Assembly: GCA_037446635.1 (NCBI GenBank)
Contig: JBBIIG010000070.1
Location: 1-19,885, forward strand
Length of the DNA stretch: 19,885 nucleotides
Source of the DNA: a bacterium
Lineage (GTDB): Bacteria > Zhuqueibacterota > Zhuqueibacteria > Oceanimicrobiales > Oceanimicrobiaceae
Direction of reading: 5' to 3'
In this document: one piece after another, positions 1 to 7,734 of the stretch
Position numbering within the stretch: the first letter of the stretch is position 1
Layout: each line of letters starts with the position of its first letter
The notes under the pieces: model-generated
Seen by the model: the letters and a program-made list of their open reading frames with translations, nothing else
Told to the model about the DNA's origin: nothing
Database searches by the model: none
Program-made: the position numbers and the translations under genes

Positions 1-101
1 CCCCGCCCCCCGTTAGTTCCAGTGTTTGCATTATTTCCTCGCTTGTTATTTGATTTGTTCTAGTTTTTGAGATTTTGGTGTTTCACGTGAGACCTCCTTT
101 G

Positions 102-355
102 GTGGGAATGATTTCCAGGTGAGTTACTGGATTGCGACATATATTCTTTAAACTCAAATGACCTAACTAAAACAGGCAGTGGGAATGATTTCCAGGTGAG
201 TTACTGGATTGCGACTTCCACATCGAATTGAACGCTGTTGGCGTCGCCGTCGTTGTCGGGTGGGAATGATTTCCAGGTGAGTTACTGGATTGCGACCTTG
301 GGTAATGTCCCTGGTGACGCTTGCGATGGACGCTGCAGTGGGAATGATTTCCAGG
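102..355 (+). CRISPR. Short CRISPR array: 3 complete 37-bp repeats, 1 truncated repeat and 3 spacers (type III-like)
   Basis: Identical repeat GTGGGAATGATTTCCAGGTGAGTTACTGGATTGCGAC at 102-138, 179-215 and 260-296; only the first 18 nt are present at 338-355. Unique spacers at 139-178 (40 nt), 216-259 (44 nt) and 297-337 (41 nt). The repeat has a TCCAG/CTGGA hairpin and an ATTGCGAC 3' end resembling the 8-nt Cas6 handle, which suggests + orientation. Lies next to a cas6 fragment. Confidence 0.96.
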
Positions 356-356
356 A

Positions 357-734
357 TTCTTGACGCCGACGCGCATCAAAATTCACGAGCACCTTGCCGG
401 TGGGCTGACGTTTCGCGAGTTGGTTTTGTGGCTGATGCGGCGGATTTGTACGCTGGCATATTTTCACATGCCCGCTGCGAAAGTGGAATGGGATTGGCGT
501 TCCATGCTGGGCGCCGCCAACGCAGTGGTCGTCGAGAATCAAAATTTGCACTGGGAGGATTGGGAGCGCTATTCCAACCGGCAAGAAACTCGTATGAAGA
601 TGGGGGGATTTGTAGGCGAGGTGACGCTACTGGGGGAGTTGGCGCCCTGGCTGCCGCTGTTAAAAATCGGTGAGCTAACGCACGTGGGCAAAGGCGCAAC
701 GTTTGGGCTGGGGAAATACGAGTGCTCCGAGTGA
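357..734 (+). pseudogene. cas6: 5'-truncated CRISPR precrRNA processing endoribonuclease Cas6 (C-terminal RAMP domain only)
   Basis: Translation FLTPTRIK...WEDWERYSNRQETRMKMGGFVGEVTL...GELTHVGKGATFGLGKY shows the FxTPxR motif that opens the second RRM domain and the Cas6 C-terminal G-rich loop (GxxxxxGxG). An in-frame TGA at 345-347 lies inside the truncated repeat, so the N-terminal domain is absent. Confidence 0.88.
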
Positions 735-814
735 GATTTTAGGGAACCAAAGTTGCAGGGAGTGAGGAGCGTATTCTATTTTCAAAAATTTGCAGGCCCG
801 CCAAAATAAGAGAG

Positions 815-857
815 GTGTAGCCGGCTGTCGCGGGTTCGAATTCCGCCATTCGCGCAA
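815..857 (+). tRNA. 3' half of a tRNA-His(GUG) gene (fragment; probable att site of an integrated element)
   Basis: GTG(815-817) TA GCCGG CTGTC GCGGG-TTCGAAT-TCCGC CATTCGC G CAA. The T-arm is canonical at 830-846. Counting back with standard tRNA geometry places GTG at anticodon positions 34-36. Nothing upstream pairs with the acceptor or anticodon stems and there is no D-arm. Degenerate at positions 37 and 73 and in the CCA end. Confidence 0.7.
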
Positions 858-868
858 CTGTCAACAAT

Positions 869-896
869 AAGCTCCGATCTTCGGAGCTTTTTTTTT
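869..896 (+). terminator. Rho-independent terminator
   Basis: GCTCCGA-TCT-TCGGAGC hairpin (871-887) followed by T9 (888-896), directly after the tRNA fragment. Confidence 0.9.
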
Positions 897-912
897 CGGT
901 TGGAAATTAAGC

Positions 913-941
913 TTGCGCAATCGGCGGCAATTGTTTATATT
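913..941 (+). promoter_or_regulatory. Putative sigma70 promoter for the 972-7247 gene cluster
   Basis: TTGCGC (913-918), 17 nt, TATATT (936-941). RBS CAGGAG at 961-966 before the ATG at 972. Confidence 0.5.
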
Positions 942-971
942 TAACGCGTTGTTTTTATTTCAGGAGCGAAA

Positions 972-1871
972 ATGCTTTCAGCGCGTGGTTTCATTACTTT
1001 TTTTTGGATTCTTTGGTTAGCTAAATCGGCTATTAGTCAATCGCTGATCCTGCAAAAGCTTGACGACGCCAGCTCGGTGGATTGGGGGCGGATGGTGATT
1101 CGCACGGTCGGCAACAGCGCCGCAGCCGCCAGCGATCGTCTGCAACGAATCGAGGCGTTGGAACGCGCCAAGCTGGCTGCCGCCGAAAATTTGCTGCACG
1201 CGCTCAAGCGGGTGAGCTGGCGGGCGGGCGCGCGCATCAGCGACGCCGTTGAAAAAAATTTGCTATCGGAATCCGATCTCAAATCTTTGGCGGAGACGTT
1301 TACCATTGTGGACACGCGATCGCTGTCAGACATGTCCGTGGAGGTAGATGTGGAATTGCCGCTCACTGGTGAGCTTCTGAATTTAGTTTTGCCCAGCGAG
1401 ATCGGCAAGTCGCCGCTGCGGCTCAGCAGCGCGCCGCTTTGCCCGTGCTGCGGACAGCCTTGGCCGGCGGGCCGGCCGCTGCCAGAGGGCCTAAAGCTGA
1501 TTATTCCCAGCGCAGGCTACACCACCGCGAAAGGCGCGCCGTTCACCGGGGCAATTATTGACGCCCGCCATCTTGATTTGAAGCCGGCGCTGCTGCCCAA
1601 AATCGTTGACGAAAATGGCGAGGAAATTTATAGCGTGGAATATGTGAATCGTCCGGCTGTTGAGCAGAACGGCTTGGTGGCTTACCGCAAAACTTTAGAT
1701 GCGGCGACAAAAGATCTTCGCGTCGGCGCATCGCCGTTGATGGTGCGCGCGCTGAAAACCGCGGCCGCCAATACGGATATCGTGATTTCCAACATCGACG
1801 CCGCGCTGCTGCACGCGGCGGCCAAAAGTCAAAATTTTTTGAATCAATGCAAAGTGGTGATCGTTTTCTAA
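972..1871 (+). CDS. Exported LPP20-like/hypothetical envelope protein
   Basis: 299-aa ORF with an RBS and N-terminal signal peptide. It has an 'ALERAKLAAAENLL' LPP20-like segment and a C-terminal 'TGAIIDARHLDLKPALLPKIVDENGEEIY' motif that I recall from LPP20-family proteins. Upstream of a CsgG-family gene. Confidence 0.6.
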   Translation: MLSARGFITFFWILWLAKSAISQSLILQKLDDASSVDWGRMVIRTVGNSAAAASDRLQRIEALERAKLAAAENLLHALKRVSWRAGARISDAVEKNLLSESDLKSLAETFTIVDTRSLSDMSVEVDVELPLTGELLNLVLPSEIGKSPLRLSSAPLCPCCGQPWPAGRPLPEGLKLIIPSAGYTTAKGAPFTGAIIDARHLDLKPALLPKIVDENGEEIYSVEYVNRPAVEQNGLVAYRKTLDAATKDLRVGASPLMVRALKTAAANTDIVISNIDAALLHAAAKSQNFLNQCKVVIVF

Positions 1872-1888
1872 AACGCGTTTAGGAGGCT

Positions 1889-2824
1889 ATGATGAACAAC
1901 AAGCTTATGAACCTGATTTTGGCGATGATGTCGTTTTTAGTTTTAACTCAATCCGTGAGCGCCGGCAACGACGACAAGAAACTGCGCATCAAGAAGCGGG
2001 TGGCGGTGTTCGTTTTTGATGACAAGACCGATCGCTCGTTTTTGTGGTGGAACCAAAAAGGAGTCGGCGAGGGCGTCAGCGACATGCTGATCACCGAGCT
2101 GGTGAAAAGCGGCAATTACCGGGTGATCGAACGCCAGGAATTAGATGAGATTTTGAAGGAACAAAACTTAGGTGAATCTGGCATCGTCACCGCCGAGAGC
2201 GCTGCGGAGATTGGCAAAGTGTTGGGAGTGGAGCTGGCGGTGATGGGCGCGGTGACCGAATTCGGTTACAAAAAAAGCGACACCGGCGGCCGCGTCAAAA
2301 ATTTTGGACTGGGCGTTTCCAGCCAGTCAGCGACCGTGGCCCTCGATTGCCGCATGGTGAACACCACCACCGCCGAGATCGTTGCCGCGGAAAACATCCG
2401 CAAAGAAAAATCGGCAAAGGGACTGAAAGTCGATACCCGTAATATTGATTTTCACAGCCAGAAAGATTTTGACGAATCGCTGGTGGGGAAAGCGGCGCGC
2501 GACGCGGTGGAAGGGGTGATTGAGTTGATTAACAAAAGCGCGCCCAGCATTCCCTGGCAGGCCAAAGTGGTGACGGAGAAGAACGGCCAGGTTTTCATCA
2601 ACGTGGGATCGACTTCGGGTATTCGCCCCGGCGACAATTTTTATGTGTATCGCAAAGGCGAAGATTTGGTTGACCCCGACACCGGTTTGTCGCTCGGCAG
2701 CATCGATTCTAAAATTGGCGAGATCAAAGTGGTGAACGCCGATCTCGGTGAAGGCAAGGCCGCGCAGTGTTCCATTGTTAGCGGCTCCGGTTTTCAGCGC
2801 GGGGATTTTGTGAGGATGGAGTAA
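1889..2824 (+). CDS. CsgG/HfaB family protein with FlgT-like C-terminal domain
   Basis: Signal peptide, then KKRVAVFVFDDKT, GVSDMLITELVKSGNYRVIERQELDEILKEQNL and GAVTEFG motifs. The C-terminal 'VFINVGSTSGIRPGDNFYVYR...DPDTGLSLG' is FlgT_C-like. RBS AGGAGG upstream. Confidence 0.85.
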   Translation: MMNNKLMNLILAMMSFLVLTQSVSAGNDDKKLRIKKRVAVFVFDDKTDRSFLWWNQKGVGEGVSDMLITELVKSGNYRVIERQELDEILKEQNLGESGIVTAESAAEIGKVLGVELAVMGAVTEFGYKKSDTGGRVKNFGLGVSSQSATVALDCRMVNTTTAEIVAAENIRKEKSAKGLKVDTRNIDFHSQKDFDESLVGKAARDAVEGVIELINKSAPSIPWQAKVVTEKNGQVFINVGSTSGIRPGDNFYVYRKGEDLVDPDTGLSLGSIDSKIGEIKVVNADLGEGKAAQCSIVSGSGFQRGDFVRME

Positions 2825-4141
2825 ATGAAAATCATTCAAATTGAAAACGACAGCACCGGCGCAGAATTGGGCCTGCAGGTGGGCGACCGGATTCTCAAAA
2901 TCAACGGTCGTCCGGTGCGCGACGTCATCGACTACCGTTTCCTGATCGCCGAAGAGGACGTGGAGATGGAGGTGCGCCGCGGCGACGAGCGCATCATCTA
3001 TGAAATCGAAAAAGAGATAGATGATCTTCTCGGTCTGGAACTGGAAGATTTGAAAATTCGCCACTGCGGCAACGACTGCCCGTTCTGTTTCGTCGATCAA
3101 AATCCCAAAGGCATGCGCTCCGCCATGTACTTTCGCGACGAGGATTACCGTCTCTCCTTTTTATCCGGGCACTACGTCACCCTCACCAATCTTTCCAAGG
3201 CGGATATGGAGCGCATCGTCTGGCAGCGTCTCTCGCCGTTGTTTGTCTCGGTGCACGCCACGGCGCCGGCGGTCAGAAAATTTCTTTTCGGCATTCAGCA
3301 CGACGACCGCCTGATGGAGAAGCTCGATTATCTGACTCAAAACGGCATCGAGCTGCACACGCAAATTGTGCTCTGCCCCGAGATCAACGACGGCCCCATC
3401 CTCAAACAAACCATCTGGGATTTGGCAACATTTCTGCCCAACCTCAAATCCGTTTCCATCGTGCCGGTGGGATTAACCAAGCACCGCGCCGGACTATTTC
3501 AATTTAAACCGGTCACCAGCGAGTACGCGGCGAACCTGCTGGCAATCGCCGACGAGTACGCCGCAGAATTTCATAAACAGCTCGGCGAATATTTTGTTTA
3601 TAGCTCCGACGAATTTTACATTATGGCGGGAAAACCGCTTCCGCCCGCTGAACGCTACGACGGTTTTTATCAACGGGAAAACGGCGTCGGCATGGTGCGC
3701 TTCATGTTAGATGATTTTGAATTGCAACAGGAACGGTTTCCCCGCCAGCTTTACCGGCCGGCCGCTGGCACCTTTGTGACCGGAGTCTTCGCCAGCGGCG
3801 TCATGGTGAACGAGATCGTTCCTGCGCTCAACCGAGTCAAAAATTTCGAAGCGCGGCTGGAAGTCGTCCAAAATAAATTTTACGGCGAGTCCATCCGCGT
3901 CACCGGTTTGCTGACTGGCCAGGACATTTTCAATCATCTCAAAAAATGCGAGTTGGGCGACGTGGTGTTTCTGCCGGGCAACTGTTTATCGAATACCGAT
4001 CCGCTTCGCGGAAAGGATGATTTTGTTTTTCTGGATGACTGGACTATCGATCAGCTCAGCGCCCAACTTCGTCGCCCGGTTTACGCGCTGGACAACGACT
4101 TCGCGCGTGTTTTTGAAATTCTCGAATTAGAAGTAGTATGA
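2825..4141 (+). CDS. PDZ + DUF512 radical SAM / Fe-S oxidoreductase
   Basis: N-terminal PDZ (GLQVGDRILKING), CxxxCxxC motif CGNDCPFC, DEDYRLSFL, QIVLCPEINDG, VPVGLTKHR and QRENGVG. This family is a frequent neighbour of der. Confidence 0.9.
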   Translation: MKIIQIENDSTGAELGLQVGDRILKINGRPVRDVIDYRFLIAEEDVEMEVRRGDERIIYEIEKEIDDLLGLELEDLKIRHCGNDCPFCFVDQNPKGMRSAMYFRDEDYRLSFLSGHYVTLTNLSKADMERIVWQRLSPLFVSVHATAPAVRKFLFGIQHDDRLMEKLDYLTQNGIELHTQIVLCPEINDGPILKQTIWDLATFLPNLKSVSIVPVGLTKHRAGLFQFKPVTSEYAANLLAIADEYAAEFHKQLGEYFVYSSDEFYIMAGKPLPPAERYDGFYQRENGVGMVRFMLDDFELQQERFPRQLYRPAAGTFVTGVFASGVMVNEIVPALNRVKNFEARLEVVQNKFYGESIRVTGLLTGQDIFNHLKKCELGDVVFLPGNCLSNTDPLRGKDDFVFLDDWTIDQLSAQLRRPVYALDNDFARVFEILELEVV

Positions 4142-5454
4142 ACACCCCTGTCGTTGCCATCGTCGGCCGGCCCAACGTCGGCAAATCCACCCTGTTCAAT
4201 CGCATCGTTGGCGGCCGCGAAGCCATTGTGGATGATCAGCCCGGCGTGACTCGCGACCGCAAATACGCACTGGCCGAATGGTGCGGCCGCCGTTTTGTGC
4301 TGGTGGATACCGGCGGCTACCTGCCCGGCACGGACGACAAAATCGAGCAGGCCGTGGTGCGCCAAATTCAGGAGGCCATCCACGAGGCCGACTTGATTTT
4401 GTTTTTAGTGGACGCCAAAACTGGTCTCACGGAATTTGATAAAGAGCTGGCCGTGGTTTTGAAAAAATCCGCGCGCCCGGTTGTGCTCGCCGTCAACAAA
4501 GTGGATAACGACGCCCGGGAATTGAACGCCGTGGAGTTTTACGAACTGGGTTTCGGTGAGCCGCTGCCGGTGTCGGCGGCGAGCGGCCGGCGCAGCGGCG
4601 ATCTGCTCGACCGCATCGTTGCGCTGCTTCCGAAAGCGCCGCCGGCGATGGAAAATACCAACGGCCATTTGGTTTCATTAGCCATTGTTGGCCGGCCCAA
4701 CGTCGGCAAATCCTCGTTGGTGAACGCGCTGGTGGGGGCGGAGAAGATGATCGTCACCGATATTCCCGGCACCACCCGCGATGCCATCGACACCAAAATT
4801 AAATATTACGGACAGGAATTTTTGCTCATCGACACCGCTGGCCTGCGCCGCAAATCCAAAGTGAAAGACGCGGTGGAATATTACAGCGCCCTGCGCAGCC
4901 TGGAGAGCATCAAGCGCTGCGACGTGGCGATCCTGATGATCGATGCGACGACCGGCATGGAGATGCAAGACCTGCGTATTCTTGGCGAGGCCCTGCGCAT
5001 GAACAAGGGCGTGGTGATCGCAGTCAACAAATGGGATTTGGTTGCAAAGGATTCCAACACCGCCCGCGACTATGAAATCAAAATTCGCGAGACGCTCAAA
5101 AGCAACGATTTCTTGCCCATCGTTTTTATTTCAGCGATTACCAAGCAGCGGATCTATAAATTAATCGAAACCACTAAAACAATTTACCAGGAGCGTCAAA
5201 AGACTTTGAAGACCTCGGAGCTGAACGACTTCCTTGCCGAGGCGACGAGCCGTTATGCGCCGCCGTCGATGGATCAACGGGAGGTGAAAATCAAATACTG
5301 CACGCAGGTCAAAACCAATCCGCCGGTGATCGCCTTTTTCACCAACGCTCCCGACTCCATCAAGCCGCACTACCGCTCGTATCTCGAAAAACAATTTCGG
5401 CAGCGCTTCGGTTTCGCCGGCGTGCCGCTCACCTTTGTCTTCCGGAAGAAATGA
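4138..5454 (+). CDS. der: Ribosome biogenesis GTPase Der (EngA)
   Basis: Two GTPase domains (GRPNVGKS twice, DTGG/DTAG, NKVD/NKWD) plus a C-terminal KH-like domain. ATGA overlap with the upstream gene. Confidence 0.98.
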   Translation: MNTPVVAIVGRPNVGKSTLFNRIVGGREAIVDDQPGVTRDRKYALAEWCGRRFVLVDTGGYLPGTDDKIEQAVVRQIQEAIHEADLILFLVDAKTGLTEFDKELAVVLKKSARPVVLAVNKVDNDARELNAVEFYELGFGEPLPVSAASGRRSGDLLDRIVALLPKAPPAMENTNGHLVSLAIVGRPNVGKSSLVNALVGAEKMIVTDIPGTTRDAIDTKIKYYGQEFLLIDTAGLRRKSKVKDAVEYYSALRSLESIKRCDVAILMIDATTGMEMQDLRILGEALRMNKGVVIAVNKWDLVAKDSNTARDYEIKIRETLKSNDFLPIVFISAITKQRIYKLIETTKTIYQERQKTLKTSELNDFLAEATSRYAPPSMDQREVKIKYCTQVKTNPPVIAFFTNAPDSIKPHYRSYLEKQFRQRFGFAGVPLTFVFRKK

Positions 5455-7247
5455 AAATGAACTTCACCCACGCACTGCAATTTCGTTCACCGCTTATTTT
5501 CGGTGTCTGCCTAGCCTTCACTCCGGTTCGAATTTTTGCCCAGGAAATTTATCACCGCGCCCTCGAGCCGACTTATTCGCAGCAGGAGTTGGATCGGCTC
5601 TTTCAACAGGTGGCGGCGATTTTTCCGGAGCGCATCCCGCCAGAGCTTCGTGTTCTCGACGATCAACCGCCAACCTGCGCGACGATGCTGGTGATGGACG
5701 CCCGCCGCCATCTCGAAAATTTCCGTCCCCAGCAACAAGCGCTGCTGCTGAAATTGCTGACGCGGCCGGCGCTGGAGTTAGCTGTTCTCAGCCCCTCCGG
5801 AAAATTCAAAATTCATTACGATGTCAGCGGAGGCAACGCCGTGCCCGCGGCGGATCTCGACGGCAGCGGCGTTCCCGATTTTGTCGAAGCCGTGAGCCAG
5901 GCCCTCGACGAATCGTACGATTTGCAGGTGAACGAGCTGGGCTACGATCCGGCGCCGGATGACAACGGCATCGATGGGCCGGAGTACGACGTTTTTTTGG
6001 AAAACCTCGGACGGGGGTTGTACGGCTTCACTCAGGGGGAAACTCGAATTTCAGAAACACAAAACAATTACACCAGCTTCATCGTCATGGACAACGATTT
6101 TAACAACAACCATTTCACCACCGGCGTGGACGGCGCACGGGTCACCGCCGCCCATGAATATTTTCACGCCATTCAATTTGGCTACCGCATCTTCGCTAAC
6201 GAAGACGAGAAGTTTTATTATGAACTGTGCTCCACCTGGATGGAAGACGTGGCTTACGACGACATCAACGACTATTTTCAGTATTTGCCTTCCTATTTTG
6301 GCCGCACCGATGTTCCGTTCAATCTTTTCACCGGCACGGCATCCACCTACGGCCGCGCGCTGTGGAATCATTTTTTGGTTAAGCACTTCGATAATATCGA
6401 TTTGGTGCGGCGAAGCTGGGAAATTATGCGAAGCGGCGAGTTGGCCATTTTTGCCGTTGACCGCAGCCTGATCGAGAACGGCAGCCGTTTCAAAAATGCG
6501 TTTGCGGAGTTCGCATTCTGGAATTATTTTACCGGGTCCCGCGCCGACGCCGCGCGCTATTATGAAGAAGGCGCCCAGTATCCGGAAATCCGCCTCAGCG
6601 GAAATTTTTTCATTGATTCCGATACCACCATCGTCGATTCCAGCCTGGCGTTGACCACCAAGTATTTTAAATTCACCACCGCCCGCGCCGGCGAGTACGC
6701 CATCACCGGCGCCGTGGACGATCCCGCCAACTGGAATTTTGGCGCCGTCATTAACGGGACCGGAGTGGACGACCTCCATTTGTTCAACATTCAAAATGGG
6801 CAGAACTTGGGTTTTCTGCCCGAGTTTACAGAGATCGTGGTCATGCCAATCAACCAGTTGGTTCTTGACCGCGACAATTTGCCGCAGCTCAATGTGCGCT
6901 ACGCGCGCTTTCAATTTAGCCTGGTTCGAGGGTCGATCAGCGGCGGTGAGCCTCGCGGCATCACCAACATTTTTCCGAATCCGTTCATTATTGGAAATCA
7001 TAGCCGAGTCTTTTTTGAATTTGATCCAGCCAACACTTCGAATCTCGAAGCCCGCATTTTAGATTCAAATGGCCGAGTGCTTAAAACCGTGAAATTTCGC
7101 GACGGCGACCCCTCTCTCAATCAGTCGTTTTTTGCGTGGAACCCGGCCGCCGATCTCGGATCGAGTCTCGCATCTGGAATTTACCTATTCGTGTTGAAGC
7201 AGGATAGCTTTGTCGATGTTAGAAAATTCGCCATCGTGCACAAATGA
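5451..7247 (+). CDS. Secreted zinc metalloprotease-like protein (MXAN_6640-like) with a T9SS/FlgD-type C-terminal domain
   Basis: Signal peptide, GKFKIHY, Ca-binding-like DLDGSGVPDFVE, and HExxH motif 'TAAHEYFHAIQFGY' with a downstream E ('YELCSTWMED'). C-terminal 'FPNPF...SGIYLFVLK...KFAIVHK' matches the sorting-domain pattern. Confidence 0.8.
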   Translation: MKMNFTHALQFRSPLIFGVCLAFTPVRIFAQEIYHRALEPTYSQQELDRLFQQVAAIFPERIPPELRVLDDQPPTCATMLVMDARRHLENFRPQQQALLLKLLTRPALELAVLSPSGKFKIHYDVSGGNAVPAADLDGSGVPDFVEAVSQALDESYDLQVNELGYDPAPDDNGIDGPEYDVFLENLGRGLYGFTQGETRISETQNNYTSFIVMDNDFNNNHFTTGVDGARVTAAHEYFHAIQFGYRIFANEDEKFYYELCSTWMEDVAYDDINDYFQYLPSYFGRTDVPFNLFTGTASTYGRALWNHFLVKHFDNIDLVRRSWEIMRSGELAIFAVDRSLIENGSRFKNAFAEFAFWNYFTGSRADAARYYEEGAQYPEIRLSGNFFIDSDTTIVDSSLALTTKYFKFTTARAGEYAITGAVDDPANWNFGAVINGTGVDDLHLFNIQNGQNLGFLPEFTEIVVMPINQLVLDRDNLPQLNVRYARFQFSLVRGSISGGEPRGITNIFPNPFIIGNHSRVFFEFDPANTSNLEARILDSNGRVLKTVKFRDGDPSLNQSFFAWNPAADLGSSLASGIYLFVLKQDSFVDVRKFAIVHK

Positions 7248-7252
7248 TTTTG

Positions 7253-7281
7253 TTGACATTAATTCCAATTTTTCTTAAAAT
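7253..7281 (+). promoter_or_regulatory. sigma70 promoter of the HU/bS22 operon
   Basis: TTGACA (7253-7258), 17 nt, TAAAAT (7276-7281). RBS GGGAGG at 7308-7313. Confidence 0.75.
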
Positions 7282-7319
7282 TAGCGCGTAAAAAACCAAA
7301 CCAATCCGGGAGGTACGTT

Positions 7320-7622
7320 TTGACCAAAACCGATATCATCAACATCGTAGCGGAGGGCACCGGCTTGACTAAACTGGAGACCGCCGCCGTGGTGGATGGG
7401 TTTTTGGCAACCATTGGCTACGCGCTGCAGTCGGGCGACACGGTGACCATCCGCGGCTTTGGCACGTTTCGCACCGTGCGCCGCATCGAGCGGGTGGCGC
7501 GCAATCCCAAAACCGGCAAAATGATGCACATTCCCGAACGCACGTCGCCGGTGTTTAAAGCATCCATCGACTTAAAAAAACTGATGAAAAAGAACTTAAA
7601 AGACGAAACCGATAGGAGGTGA
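7320..7622 (+). CDS. hup: HU/IHF family DNA-binding protein
   Basis: TTG start with a good RBS. MTKTDII...GFGTF...RVARNPKTGK...PVFKAS is the HU signature. Confidence 0.93.
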   Translation: MTKTDIINIVAEGTGLTKLETAAVVDGFLATIGYALQSGDTVTIRGFGTFRTVRRIERVARNPKTGKMMHIPERTSPVFKASIDLKKLMKKNLKDETDRR

Positions 7623-7626
7623 GAGA

Positions 7627-7722
7627 TTGCCAAGCGGTAAGAAAAGAAAACGGCACAAGATAGCTACCCACAAGCGCAAAAAACGGCTCAGAAAAAATCG
7701 CCACAAAAAGAAAATTCGTTAG
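7627..7722 (+). CDS. Small basic ribosomal protein bS22/mS38 (AURKAIP1/COX24-domain family), 31 aa
   Basis: Not in the ORF track. TTG at 7627, 7 nt after AGGAGG (7614-7619). Translates MPSGKKRKRHKIATHKRKKRLRKNRHKKKIR, closely matching the Bacteroidota bS22 pattern. Confidence 0.9.
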   Translation: MPSGKKRKRHKIATHKRKKRLRKNRHKKKIR

Positions 7723-7734
7723 CCTATTTGTGGA

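Noticed and set aside
139..337. Self-targeting of spacers against genes in this window
   Set aside because: By-eye comparison found only short chance similarities. An alignment against the whole genome would be needed to exclude it.
167..699. ORFs 167-379(-), 282-584(-), 290-673(+) and 376-699(-)
   Set aside because: They are translations of CRISPR repeats (recurring SQSSNSPGNHSH) or alternative frames over the cas6 fragment.
780..857. Complete tRNA or tmRNA gene
   Set aside because: There is no 5' acceptor strand, D-arm or 5' anticodon stem upstream. The acceptor strand CATTCGC is not Ala-like as tmRNA requires. Only a 3' fragment is supported.
2825..5454. DUF512 radical SAM gene coupled to der as a novel system
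   Set aside because: This adjacency is a commonly seen conserved neighbourhood, not new.
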